A stretch of DNA of 11,491 bases from Synechococcus sp. (GTDB lineage: Bacteria; Cyanobacteriota; Cyanobacteriia; Thermostichales; PCC-7336). The stretch covers positions 1 to 11,491 of the forward strand of contig JBFRWN010000084.1 in assembly GCA_051439605.1 (NCBI GenBank), read 5' to 3'. A program made the translations under genes and the position numbers. Below, piece after piece: positions 1-7,133 of this stretch; the first letter of the stretch is position 1, and each line of letters begins with the position of its first letter. The notes beneath the pieces were generated by a model, which had not been told where the DNA came from, made no database searches, and saw only the letters and a list, made by a program, of their open reading frames with translations.

Positions 1-56
1 TCGGGTGAGGGTCGTTTTTGCAAGGGGTGGGGGGAAGGCAATGGAGATCGCGACAT
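1..56 (-). CDS. 5' fragment of a probable third gene of the minor pilin operon (possibly a PilW-like prepilin leader), truncated by the window edge
   Basis: ATG at 56-54, 29 nt after the stop of the 86..631 pilin, reads MSRSPLPSPHPLQKRPSP open to position 1. The basic/Pro-rich peptide resembles the leaders of the two upstream prepilins. No cleavage motif is visible, so the identity is inferred from gene order. Confidence 0.45.
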   Translation of the reverse strand, partial: MSRSPLPSPHPLQKRPSP

Positions 57-85
57 GTAGGTAATCAGAGAGCGAAGTAGCTGTA

Positions 86-631
86 TTACAGCTCGTTTAA
101 GTCAGAAAAGACGGTTTCAGTGGTGAAGGTTACAACCTCGCCACCCTGACCGTCGTTTTCCCACACTTCTACAAGCAGATGGCGGCGGGAAGGAACTGTT
201 GGATCGCAATATTCTAAAGAGTTGTCGGTAAAGTCCGGGCAATAGGTGACCACAACAGAACCGGCCTCCCGTAGACTGGCATCAAAGGCTACGCAGGCAT
301 AGTTACTGGAGGGATTGCAAATTTCTTGAGTTCCACCTGAAGGCATAGTGCTGATGTCGGACAAGCGCAAGCGATCGAGAACAGTTCTAGCCCCAGAGAC
401 TGTTGATGTGCTGAGTTCGGCTTTGCGATTTAGCAAGGTGAATCCCAAAAAACCTTGGGAAACCCCTGTGACCCCCACAAACAGAATGAGGGTTGCAGAG
501 ATCACTTCCAGTAACGATTGGCCGCGACTAAAGAGTTGCGAGCAGTCCCGTTGCACCTGCGGAGAGTGACTCCGTTTCATCCCGTTCATCCCAATGTGTT
601 CTCTCACCAATCCTGCACCTCCCTCTTGCAT
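86..631 (-). CDS. Type IV minor pilin / pseudopilin, PilV-like
   Basis: Class III signal-like motif RG|QSLLEV with Glu at +5, then a hydrophobic helix (VISATLILFVGVTGV), a PilV-like 'ARTVLDRLR' segment and four Cys in the globular part. The start is uncertain: ATG 631 (3 nt after the upstream stop), 589 or 580. Confidence 0.8.
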   Translation of the reverse strand: MQEGGAGLVREHIGMNGMKRSHSPQVQRDCSQLFSRGQSLLEVISATLILFVGVTGVSQGFLGFTLLNRKAELSTSTVSGARTVLDRLRLSDISTMPSGGTQEICNPSSNYACVAFDASLREAGSVVVTYCPDFTDNSLEYCDPTVPSRRHLLVEVWENDGQGGEVVTFTTETVFSDLNEL

Positions 632-634
632 TTG

Positions 635-1159
635 TTAAAGCTTCTTGTGACTCACCGCTCCAGCTAACAACACATCGATTTGTGTCGAGCTGCTCGAGGC
701 CCCGTTTTGATAGGTTAAAACAACATCTGCAATGGTGGATGAGGCCCCTTGGCTGTCAAAGCAGGTAATTGTTTGGGGAGAGCTACCGGAATAGGAGGAA
801 CCGTTAATTGATGTAATCTCGACGTCTTCAAGATCGAGTCTTCCAGCGGCGGTAAAAGGAGTCCAAGTGGAACTGGTACACGTCTCGGAACATTCAATCT
901 CTAGTTGTGAAGTTGTATTGGCATTAATACGACAGGAAGATGTCGTGGAAATTGCCACGGACCGAGCATATTTCATCGCCCCACTCGCCTGTTCGGTGGC
1001 CGCCCCAAGGGGGTTTCTCAGGCCAAAAAAGAAGACCCCTGCGGTTGCAGACAAAATCCCTGCAATTACAAGAGTTGCTATGGTTTCAAAAGCAGTAAAC
1101 CCCCGAAAGCGGAACTGGTTCGGTTGGTTGGGGGGAGCTTGTAATTGATTACCGTTCAT
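635..1159 (-). CDS. Type IV minor pilin, FimT/GspH-like
   Basis: Prepilin motif RFRG|FTAFETIATLVIAGILSA, 'MKYARSVAIS' (FimT/GspH-type AR..A helix) and C-terminal 'ITCFDSQG' (FDxxG). ATG 1159 (MNGNQ) is preferred over the ORF-track start at 1237 because it gives a normal-length leader; 174 aa. Confidence 0.85.
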   Translation of the reverse strand: MNGNQLQAPPNQPNQFRFRGFTAFETIATLVIAGILSATAGVFFFGLRNPLGAATEQASGAMKYARSVAISTTSSCRINANTTSQLEIECSETCTSSTWTPFTAAGRLDLEDVEITSINGSSYSGSSPQTITCFDSQGASSTIADVVLTYQNGASSSSTQIDVLLAGAVSHKKL

Positions 1160-1579
1160 GTTTAGAGCCGAGTTGAGGCAAGAAATCCAGCAAAGAACAA
1201 AAATGTCTGTTGTCAAGTCAGCAAGCGAGTGACTCAATTAGAGGAATGGCTCAATACTTAGAAACACTTTCTTGGGATGTTGTTTACAGCATGGTTTAAA
1301 TAGATTTCATGATTTCACAATCACTGTCTGCATGAGAAGGAACAATCAGAACTTTACGTACAATCAATCATAATTGATACCTCCATCGTGCATAATTTAT
1401 AACACAAAAGACCCATTAACTATAAACATTAACTCCTTGCGCACTTGTGTTTTTCGTTTTGGGTGAGTTGATGCAGCGCTACGGGCAGACTCCGAACCAG
1501 CTCCATAAAAAATGCCTACGTCAAGAGCGATCGGCCCTCTAAAGGGGATTTATCTGTTCAGGGGTTATAGAACAATCAT

Positions 1580-1606
1580 AGTTTTCCCTGTTTTGAGGGA
1601 ACTGCT
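1580..1606. promoter_or_regulatory. Inverted repeat TTCCCT-N6-AGGGAA containing back-to-back GGGAA elements; candidate group 3 sigma (SigF/SigJ-type) promoter(s) or operator
   Basis: The minus strand 1588->1580 reads GGGAAAACT, pointing at the pilin operon; it differs at one position from the GGGaAtacT SigJ box that I recall for Nostoc punctiforme. The plus strand 1597-1606 reads GGGAACTGCT, pointing at the hypothetical/psiE pair. Confidence 0.35.
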
Positions 1607-1868
1607 GTCTCTTTCGATCGGCAACAATAGCGGCCGTCTTGTTATTTCAAATAGGGCGGTGCTTTATAACTCCTGCTGGGTATGAAGATTTATGGTGTGA
1701 CTAATATTGCAACAGCGTGAGATGGAAGGATTACTCGTACGGCAAAGAGCATGTCGAACCAGTAAAGTTCGAACTGTCCCTACGATCGCGCGGCTGGAGA
1801 TGCAGATTGGCAGCCTCTGCGAGGCTAACGATGTAGGCTGGGGGCGATCGCTTGGAAAAGGAAACCCA

Positions 1869-2201
1869 TTGAGAGCCTGGCTAGAAGGGGACACTCTGTT
1901 GATGGTGCATCGGGATGATGTGCCGCAATTCAAGCGCCAAGGGGGAATGGTGCGCAATAGCTATTTTTGGGCGCTGAAATCCATTGCCGGATATGCCCCC
2001 CGCAGTGGAGAGTGGGAGTTTGAAAGTGATGTCTGGGTGGCGTTACAACGGATGCTGCTGTCCTTTGCAGCATCAGGGTATTTAGGGGTGAGAGAAACCC
2101 AGCTGGAATTTCCGTTGGACGGGCACATCCCTGAAATTTTGAGGGCGATCGCCACTTGGCAAGAGTCTCATGATGAGGGGACTGGAAACAAGAGAAAGTA
2201 G
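1869..2201 (+). CDS. Hypothetical protein (~110 aa), apparently a conserved cyanobacterial family
   Basis: In frame with ORF 1707..2201. TTG at 1869 follows a purine-rich GGAAAAGGAAA and gives MRAWLEGDTLLMVHRDDVPQFK...VRNSYFWALKSIA...WEFESDVWVALQRMLLSFAASGYLG...ETQLEFP. It ends 15 nt before the PsiE-family gene. Conservation is from recollection and was not searched. Confidence 0.7.
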   Translation: MRAWLEGDTLLMVHRDDVPQFKRQGGMVRNSYFWALKSIAGYAPRSGEWEFESDVWVALQRMLLSFAASGYLGVRETQLEFPLDGHIPEILRAIATWQESHDEGTGNKRK

Positions 2202-2216
2202 TAGCGGGGCGATCAC

Positions 2217-2681
2217 ATGGCTAGCAGATGGAGGAAGAGGATTGCAACGAAGCTAACAGCCAGTTACTTTTTACAGTTCCTGGAAAAGTTCGAATTCGCG
2301 ATTGGCCGTGTCCTGACTGTAATTTTGGTAATCGTGGTGATTTCCGCCACATTTAGTTTGGCTTGGACGATCGCTGTAGATTTATTTATCCCCCCTTATG
2401 GCAGGTTTGGGGTCGAACTCATTAGTATTTTTGGCTTGATATTAGATGTACTGATTGCGATGGAGTTACTGGAAAATGTCTCGGTTTACCTCAAGCGCAA
2501 TGTCCTACAGGTGGAGCTGGTGATAGCCACAGGTTTGATTGCGATCTCCAGAAAGATTATCGTGCTTGACTTTCCCGATACCTCCGCATTGAAGCTCATC
2601 GGTCTGGCCACAGCTATTCTTGCGCTTGCCCTGAGCTATTGGTTGGTGCGCAAGTCCTCTCCAAAGCCTCCAGAAATCTAA
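2217..2681 (+). CDS. psiE: Phosphate-starvation-inducible PsiE family membrane protein
   Basis: Four hydrophobic segments with the family pattern 'L.VLIAMELLENV..YL....VELVIATGLIAISRKIIVLD'. Confidence 0.85.
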   Translation: MASRWRKRIATKLTASYFLQFLEKFEFAIGRVLTVILVIVVISATFSLAWTIAVDLFIPPYGRFGVELISIFGLILDVLIAMELLENVSVYLKRNVLQVELVIATGLIAISRKIIVLDFPDTSALKLIGLATAILALALSYWLVRKSSPKPPEI

Positions 2682-2708
2682 AAAGAGCTACAGGAACTCC
2701 TGCAGCTC
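2680..2708 (-). terminator. Rho-independent terminator of the 2765..3064 gene
   Basis: The minus strand reads GAGCTGCAGG-AGTT-CCTGTAGCTC-TTTTT: a 10-bp stem whose single irregular pair is a G-U wobble on this strand only, followed by a U-tract. Confidence 0.75.
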
Positions 2709-2764
2709 GAACACCTTACAGATTTAAAAAGATATGGCGTTTTTTTTACTCCTCAAAAGCAACA

Positions 2765-3064
2765 CTAATGGCGATACCGTTGGTCCAGCCAAACTCTGAG
2801 GGACTCCTCGGAACAAAAGCGATACCTTGCCCCCGTCATAGGGTCGCAGACCAAATATTCCAGACTGCCATCCGCATGGTTGCGAGGCTTTACGCGTGGT
2901 CCATCCAGTGGGGCTAACATCGACAAAATCCCTTGCCAAACGGGTTGTAAAACTGTTGCCAGTCGAGGCCTCTGTCGCCATACCGGTTCGGGTAGAGTGT
3001 ATTCGGATTTGGCGAAGGTCAGTTCTAACTGTTCTCGGTTGGATAATGGAATGCGACTGGTCAT
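2765..3064 (-). CDS. Small hypothetical protein (99 aa) with C-terminal DPxTG...SE...R.W...RY motif
   Basis: Strong SD AGGAGGG (3077-3071) 6 nt before ATG 3064, preferred over the ORF-track start at 3139. It has its own terminator. The C-terminus 'YLVCDPMTGARYRFCSEESLRVWLDQRY' matches an uncharacterised cyanobacterial small-protein pattern that I recall. Confidence 0.8.
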   Translation of the reverse strand: MTSRIPLSNREQLELTFAKSEYTLPEPVWRQRPRLATVLQPVWQGILSMLAPLDGPRVKPRNHADGSLEYLVCDPMTGARYRFCSEESLRVWLDQRYRH

Positions 3065-3215
3065 GATGAACCCTCCTAGGACATGGAGTGGGTGGGTAGA
3101 ACAACCACGTTCACAAACTATCGAGACTGCTCTTGACAATCAAAAGACTGCATGAATCAGTTGGATGAAAAGTATTCATAGGTGATTGATAGTGACCGTC
3201 CAGTCGCCACATCAT

Positions 3216-3241
3216 AAAAAAACGGTCTATTGCTAGACCGC
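3216..3241 (-). terminator. Rho-independent terminator of the response regulator gene
   Basis: The minus strand reads CGGTCTA-GCAA-TAGACCG-TTTTTTT: a perfect 7-bp stem, a GNRA tetraloop and a 7-U tract, about 50 nt after the stop codon. Confidence 0.8.
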
Positions 3242-3289
3242 ATGAAACTGATTTGTGTTGCGAGCCTGGCTAGAACGACGGGACCGTTA

Positions 3290-3958
3290 CTACCACTGAA
3301 TGACTTTGTTCTTGACTGCCTCCATGCACATGGCCACGCGGGGGTTGGTTTCATCCTCTGTACCGTAGACGTCCAATTTTTCTTTCAGACGCTGAATACA
3401 GTTTTGGACTGTCTTTTTGCTGGTGTGGATACGATCGGCGATCGCCTGGTCGGTGAGGGCTTCTTTACACAGCAGTTGCAGCACCTCGATCTCCCGCTCG
3501 GTCAGTTTGGTTAGACCACGCAACTCCCTAGGCATGCGCAATTCCCCATTCAGAGCACTTTTCGCCCCATCCAAAAACAGAGTGCGACGCTCCATCTTAT
3601 TGACGGCCGCAAATCCCCCTTGGTGACGGCTGATGGACGCCACCAGCGGAGTCAGCAACAGAGGCTCGCTGGAATAAGCCATGACATTGAGGGTGGGATG
3701 GGAGTTAAATACATGACGCAGCAGTTCCAACCCTGGTTCTGCAGACTGTTCGCCATTGGACTGACCGTACAGCAAGTCCACCACCATCAAATCGGGGACC
3801 TCGCGTTCTAGACGCTTGCGGGCCTCCTGTGGGGCATTGGCAGTGGTGCAGATGGCATTTTCGTCTAAACGCTGCAGCCATTCGCAGTTGTTTTGGGCCA
3901 CTTCTGGATGGTCTTCAACAATCAAAAACTTGAGCGGAGCTTGCGCAACATCTGACAT
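3290..3958 (-). CDS. NarL/FixJ-family DNA-binding response regulator (REC + LuxR HTH)
   Basis: Receiver motifs LIVEDH, PDLMVVDL (phospho-Asp), AYSS and AVNK; C-terminal 'LTEREIEVLQLL...TDQAIADRIHTSKKTVQNCIQRLKEKL' LuxR HTH; tandem stops TAG-TAA. Confidence 0.93.
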   Translation of the reverse strand: MSDVAQAPLKFLIVEDHPEVAQNNCEWLQRLDENAICTTANAPQEARKRLEREVPDLMVVDLLYGQSNGEQSAEPGLELLRHVFNSHPTLNVMAYSSEPLLLTPLVASISRHQGGFAAVNKMERRTLFLDGAKSALNGELRMPRELRGLTKLTEREIEVLQLLCKEALTDQAIADRIHTSKKTVQNCIQRLKEKLDVYGTEDETNPRVAMCMEAVKNKVIQW

Positions 3959-4209
3959 AGAAAGAACCTGGGAGACTATCTGAGTTCGCGATACGTATGG
4001 GGGATTGGCATTTCAGCTCGGACAGCGGGTCTGTCCCCATCGGTGACGACAGCTGGCGAAATGTCCTTAGCGACTCCATGGCCGCCACAGCTTAGCTTAG
4101 CCGATGTTTTTGTGTCACCAACTCAGCGGAACCGAAAGAGCGACAGCGAGGTAAAGTAGTTCCCTCAAGCACTTGTTGCCCCAGGGATTGCGCAAACAGG
4201 TCACGGATT

Positions 4210-6897
4210 TTACAGGAATTGGTTAGCCACCCGCCACGCTTTAGCCAGGTTGCCACGCATCAGGGCTGCCACGCCATCTAAAATCTGAATTTCTTCAAGA
4301 TCCGCATCCAGCGAGAGTGCGGCGTCTATCCAAGGTTGGGCCAGATTGGGGTGCCATGCGTAGAGGTGAACGAAAGCCACAAAGCCCTGTGCAAATGGAT
4401 TTTCAGGATCGAGATGGGCTGCTGTTTCCAGTGTGTGAAGGGCAGCTTCAACATCCTGCTGCTGTACGTTGGCGAGGGCGAGGGCGTACAGCAGGTTGAG
4501 ATCGTCTGGGGTTTCTGCAAGTCGATAGTTGAGGGAGGCTGTTGCCTGGTCTAAATAATCTTGAGTGGGGTCGTATTGGTTAATACGGCCAATTTCACCA
4601 AACACCCGATCGAAGTCCCCCCGCCGTAACTGGGGTGCTAGGTTGCGCAGTTGAGAAACTAAATCCAGTTCTGGGGCGGGGATGGTCAGGGCTGACGAAG
4701 AAATGACAATGCGGGCGGTTTCGGGAACCTCCAGGTCATAGTGACTGCCGGTGGTGCGGTTGAGGTACGTGGCTCGGAGAATGTAGCTGCCGGAGAACGT
4801 ATTGGCGGGTGGCAGCATAGCCGTTCGATCGACGACCAGAAACTGAGTATCTGGGCGATCGCCCGTGCGCAACCTTCCAGCCCCGATGCCGCGATCGTGA
4901 ATCCATCCTTCTTCCTGTAGAGCTTGTAGTTCGAGTTGGGACTGCTGTTGCCGTTGGGATGCTTGGGAGTCCTGACTCAAATCCTCCTGCGGTGTCTCTG
5001 CAGTGTCACCCTCCTCCAGTTCTGCCACTGGCTCCCAGGTCAGAACCACGACGCCATGGGCGAGTTCATCTCCGGACCCCGCCCAGGTATAGGTGACGGG
5101 TACAGGCTGACCAGGGGGGGCTGCTTCAGGAACTTCGACCGCTGTAAGGCGAACGCGATCGCCTTCCCCTGTAACCGCCTCAGACATCACTGTCCTAGAA
5201 GTTATTTCGTCAACTGACACGGAGGGGTGAATCTGCCGATAGAGCTTTAGCGTCCCCCGATCTCGGGGTAAGTTCCAACTCTTGTGTAGAGCAAAATCCC
5301 CCCCCTCTTCTACAATTTGCTGCATTTCTGACTGGGTACTGGGGACGGAACCAGGGTCACCAGTTTTGGTGAGGAACCAGCTGAGCGATCGCCCATCTCG
5401 CTGCAAGTCAGCCTGTTTAGTACCCACCTGCCGACCGAACACCTGCCGATTTTTCAACGCTCCGTAGTAACTGACATTGTGTTGATTGATTTCTGCTGTC
5501 GAGGGCAACACCCCTACGGTGGCCTCTAGATAAGGTTCTGCCGACAAGATGGAGTCCACCATTTGCGGGTGGGGCCATTCCTCTTGCAGGTGGGGGGAAT
5601 GGGACCAGCCCAACCCCACGCCGGTCTGGATACCTAGCGGCATCAGGTTAAAGCTTGCGAGAAGGAGTGCTGTGACGATTGTTCCCCAGCGAAGTCGCTG
5701 TCCCCATCCCTGCCGTCCCCAGGCAACCAATCCTGCCGCTAACACAATCGCGACAACCGGTAATAGCGGCAGAATGTAGCGTGCATCTTTATTGACATTC
5801 AGTGAGGACAGCAGGTAGCCCCCCGCCAAATAGACCAGCAACCATCCCCAGCTATTTGCTCGCCAATGGGTTGCTTCCGTCCGATCGCTGCCGTTCTTTT
5901 GAGGACGCGATGGCCGATGTAGCAGCCTCCAAACCCCGTAGGCAATCAATCCGGCTAGGGACACCACCATCAACGGCCAAGCGATAAAACGAGGTAACTG
6001 CTCAGCATAAAACGTCCAAGCTGCTAGTGTATTCAGCGGTGGATCCCCTTCAATGGCAGCGGAATCAACTGTGGCCCGCTTACCGGCTGTCAACATTAAA
6101 AACCAGTTGGCCCGATACCAAGGCCCCCAAATCATTAGCGAGATCGTAAAGGCGGCCAACAGCTGCAGCAGTCGTCCCCACGCTCGCCGCACCAAGCTCC
6201 CCACCAGCAACCACAGGCAGGGCAACGCCAGGAAAAATAGTGCCGGTTGTTTGGTTAAAAATGCCAGCCCCAGCGAAATGCCAAAGGCGATCGCCGCTAG
6301 CCATTGCGTTAACCAGCGAAACGGCCAGGCTGCTCTGCCCTTAAGCTGTGTCAGGGGTTTCGAATCCGTTGCTAACGAGCGATCGCTTGCCCGCCAGAGG
6401 GTGAGTGCCGCAAAGCTAGCGGTGACCATCGCCGTTAGGGGATAGTCCAGCAGAAAATCGAGCCGAAATCGGTAAAACCCTGGCAGCAGAAGGCAGAGGG
6501 CCGCTGCCCACACCCCGATCTGAGAACTAAACAATACCGTCCCCAGAACAAAGACGGATGTGAGTAATACTCCTGAAAACAGCGACAGCACGATCGCCGC
6601 TTCATCCGGCCCCGTACCCGCAACCATCTGGACGATCGCCGCAGAGATATAGGTCAATGGAGGAATTTTAGAGCGCAACTTCCAAAACTGCGTCCACCAG
6701 TCCCCCGATCCCCATTGGGGCTGCTGTAGCCCCCGCAAATAGGTCAAAGATGCCGATAAATAATCCGCTTGATCCCAGGCAGGCACAGATTGGTCGGCCA
6801 GAAACCACAGGCGATCGGCGATCGCCGACAGTCCCCACAGCAACAGCACGATTGCTAAGGCGCGGCCCCAATGACGATGGGTTTGCGATTGTTTCAC
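4210..6897 (-). CDS. Lipid-carrier-dependent GT-C glycosyltransferase (ArnT/PMT-like, GT39/GT83-type) with extracytoplasmic beta-rich domain and C-terminal TPR-like repeats
   Basis: 895 aa, GTG start. The multi-TM N-terminal half has the motifs PAWDQADY, KIPPLTY, LLDYPL, FLTKQP and NKDARYILPLLP. It is followed by a soluble beta-rich region and TPR-like helices (LYALALANVQQQDVEAALHTLETAAHLDPENP). Confidence 0.88.
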   Translation of the reverse strand: MKQSQTHRHWGRALAIVLLLWGLSAIADRLWFLADQSVPAWDQADYLSASLTYLRGLQQPQWGSGDWWTQFWKLRSKIPPLTYISAAIVQMVAGTGPDEAAIVLSLFSGVLLTSVFVLGTVLFSSQIGVWAAALCLLLPGFYRFRLDFLLDYPLTAMVTASFAALTLWRASDRSLATDSKPLTQLKGRAAWPFRWLTQWLAAIAFGISLGLAFLTKQPALFFLALPCLWLLVGSLVRRAWGRLLQLLAAFTISLMIWGPWYRANWFLMLTAGKRATVDSAAIEGDPPLNTLAAWTFYAEQLPRFIAWPLMVVSLAGLIAYGVWRLLHRPSRPQKNGSDRTEATHWRANSWGWLLVYLAGGYLLSSLNVNKDARYILPLLPVVAIVLAAGLVAWGRQGWGQRLRWGTIVTALLLASFNLMPLGIQTGVGLGWSHSPHLQEEWPHPQMVDSILSAEPYLEATVGVLPSTAEINQHNVSYYGALKNRQVFGRQVGTKQADLQRDGRSLSWFLTKTGDPGSVPSTQSEMQQIVEEGGDFALHKSWNLPRDRGTLKLYRQIHPSVSVDEITSRTVMSEAVTGEGDRVRLTAVEVPEAAPPGQPVPVTYTWAGSGDELAHGVVVLTWEPVAELEEGDTAETPQEDLSQDSQASQRQQQSQLELQALQEEGWIHDRGIGAGRLRTGDRPDTQFLVVDRTAMLPPANTFSGSYILRATYLNRTTGSHYDLEVPETARIVISSSALTIPAPELDLVSQLRNLAPQLRRGDFDRVFGEIGRINQYDPTQDYLDQATASLNYRLAETPDDLNLLYALALANVQQQDVEAALHTLETAAHLDPENPFAQGFVAFVHLYAWHPNLAQPWIDAALSLDADLEEIQILDGVAALMRGNLAKAWRVANQFL

Positions 6898-7049
6898 GGT
6901 AAATAACTCGTCCGGTACAGTCCAGATGAATCCTTATCTCATCACTGACAGCTCGGTTAGGACAACGCTATCTTGGCTCAGTAAGGTTCTAGATAGCTGA
7001 GATGTCCCCAGCGGCTTGATAGGCGCTGTAGGCGAACCGGTCTCATCGT

Positions 7050-7085
7050 ATACACCAGGCTATGCAATACACCAGGCTATGCAAT
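7050..7085. repeat. Perfect 17-bp tandem duplication ATACACCAGGCTATGCA x2 (+AT)
   Basis: Identical units at 7050-7066 and 7067-7083 in the divergent intergenic region. Confidence 0.95.
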
Positions 7086-7133
7086 CCGCACGTGACCCTT
7101 TGCACGCTCAATTAATGTCTCAACAGCAAAACG

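Noticed and set aside
1696..1711. Possible CRP site TGTGA-N6-TTGCA
   Set aside because: The second half-site matches TCACA at only 3 of 5 positions; too weak without footprint data.
3014..3034. 'EQLELTF' in the small protein (and 'TQLEF' in the 1869..2201 protein) as beta-clamp-binding motifs
   Set aside because: Only loosely similar to QL[SD]LF, with no DNA-metabolism context.
2724..3104. Alternative 126-aa minus-strand ORF and the plus-strand ORFs 2639..2917 and 2880..3155
   Set aside because: Shadow frames of the 2765..3064 gene, which has the SD and the recognisable motif.
3157..3354. 65-aa minus-strand ORF containing 'FYDVATGRS', reminiscent of the DPxTG motif of the neighbouring small protein
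   Set aside because: It overlaps the regulator's 3' end out of frame and runs through its terminator, and the downstream SE/W/RY residues are missing; probably coincidence.
4020..4036. Hairpin GGACAG-CGGGT-CTGTCC as a terminator or riboswitch element
   Set aside because: Only a 6-bp stem with no U-tract on either strand and no recognisable aptamer consensus.
3915..4079. 54-aa minus-strand upstream ORF overlapping the response regulator start
   Set aside because: No SD and no recognisable protein features; this length is expected by chance.
4317..6871. Numerous 60-130 aa ORFs within or antisense to the GT-C gene (similar ones lie inside the pilin, regulator, flippase and tamB genes)
   Set aside because: Fully overlapped by well-supported long CDSs and lacking motifs.
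7050..7085. Mini CRISPR array
   Set aside because: The two 17-bp units abut with no spacer, and no cas genes are present.
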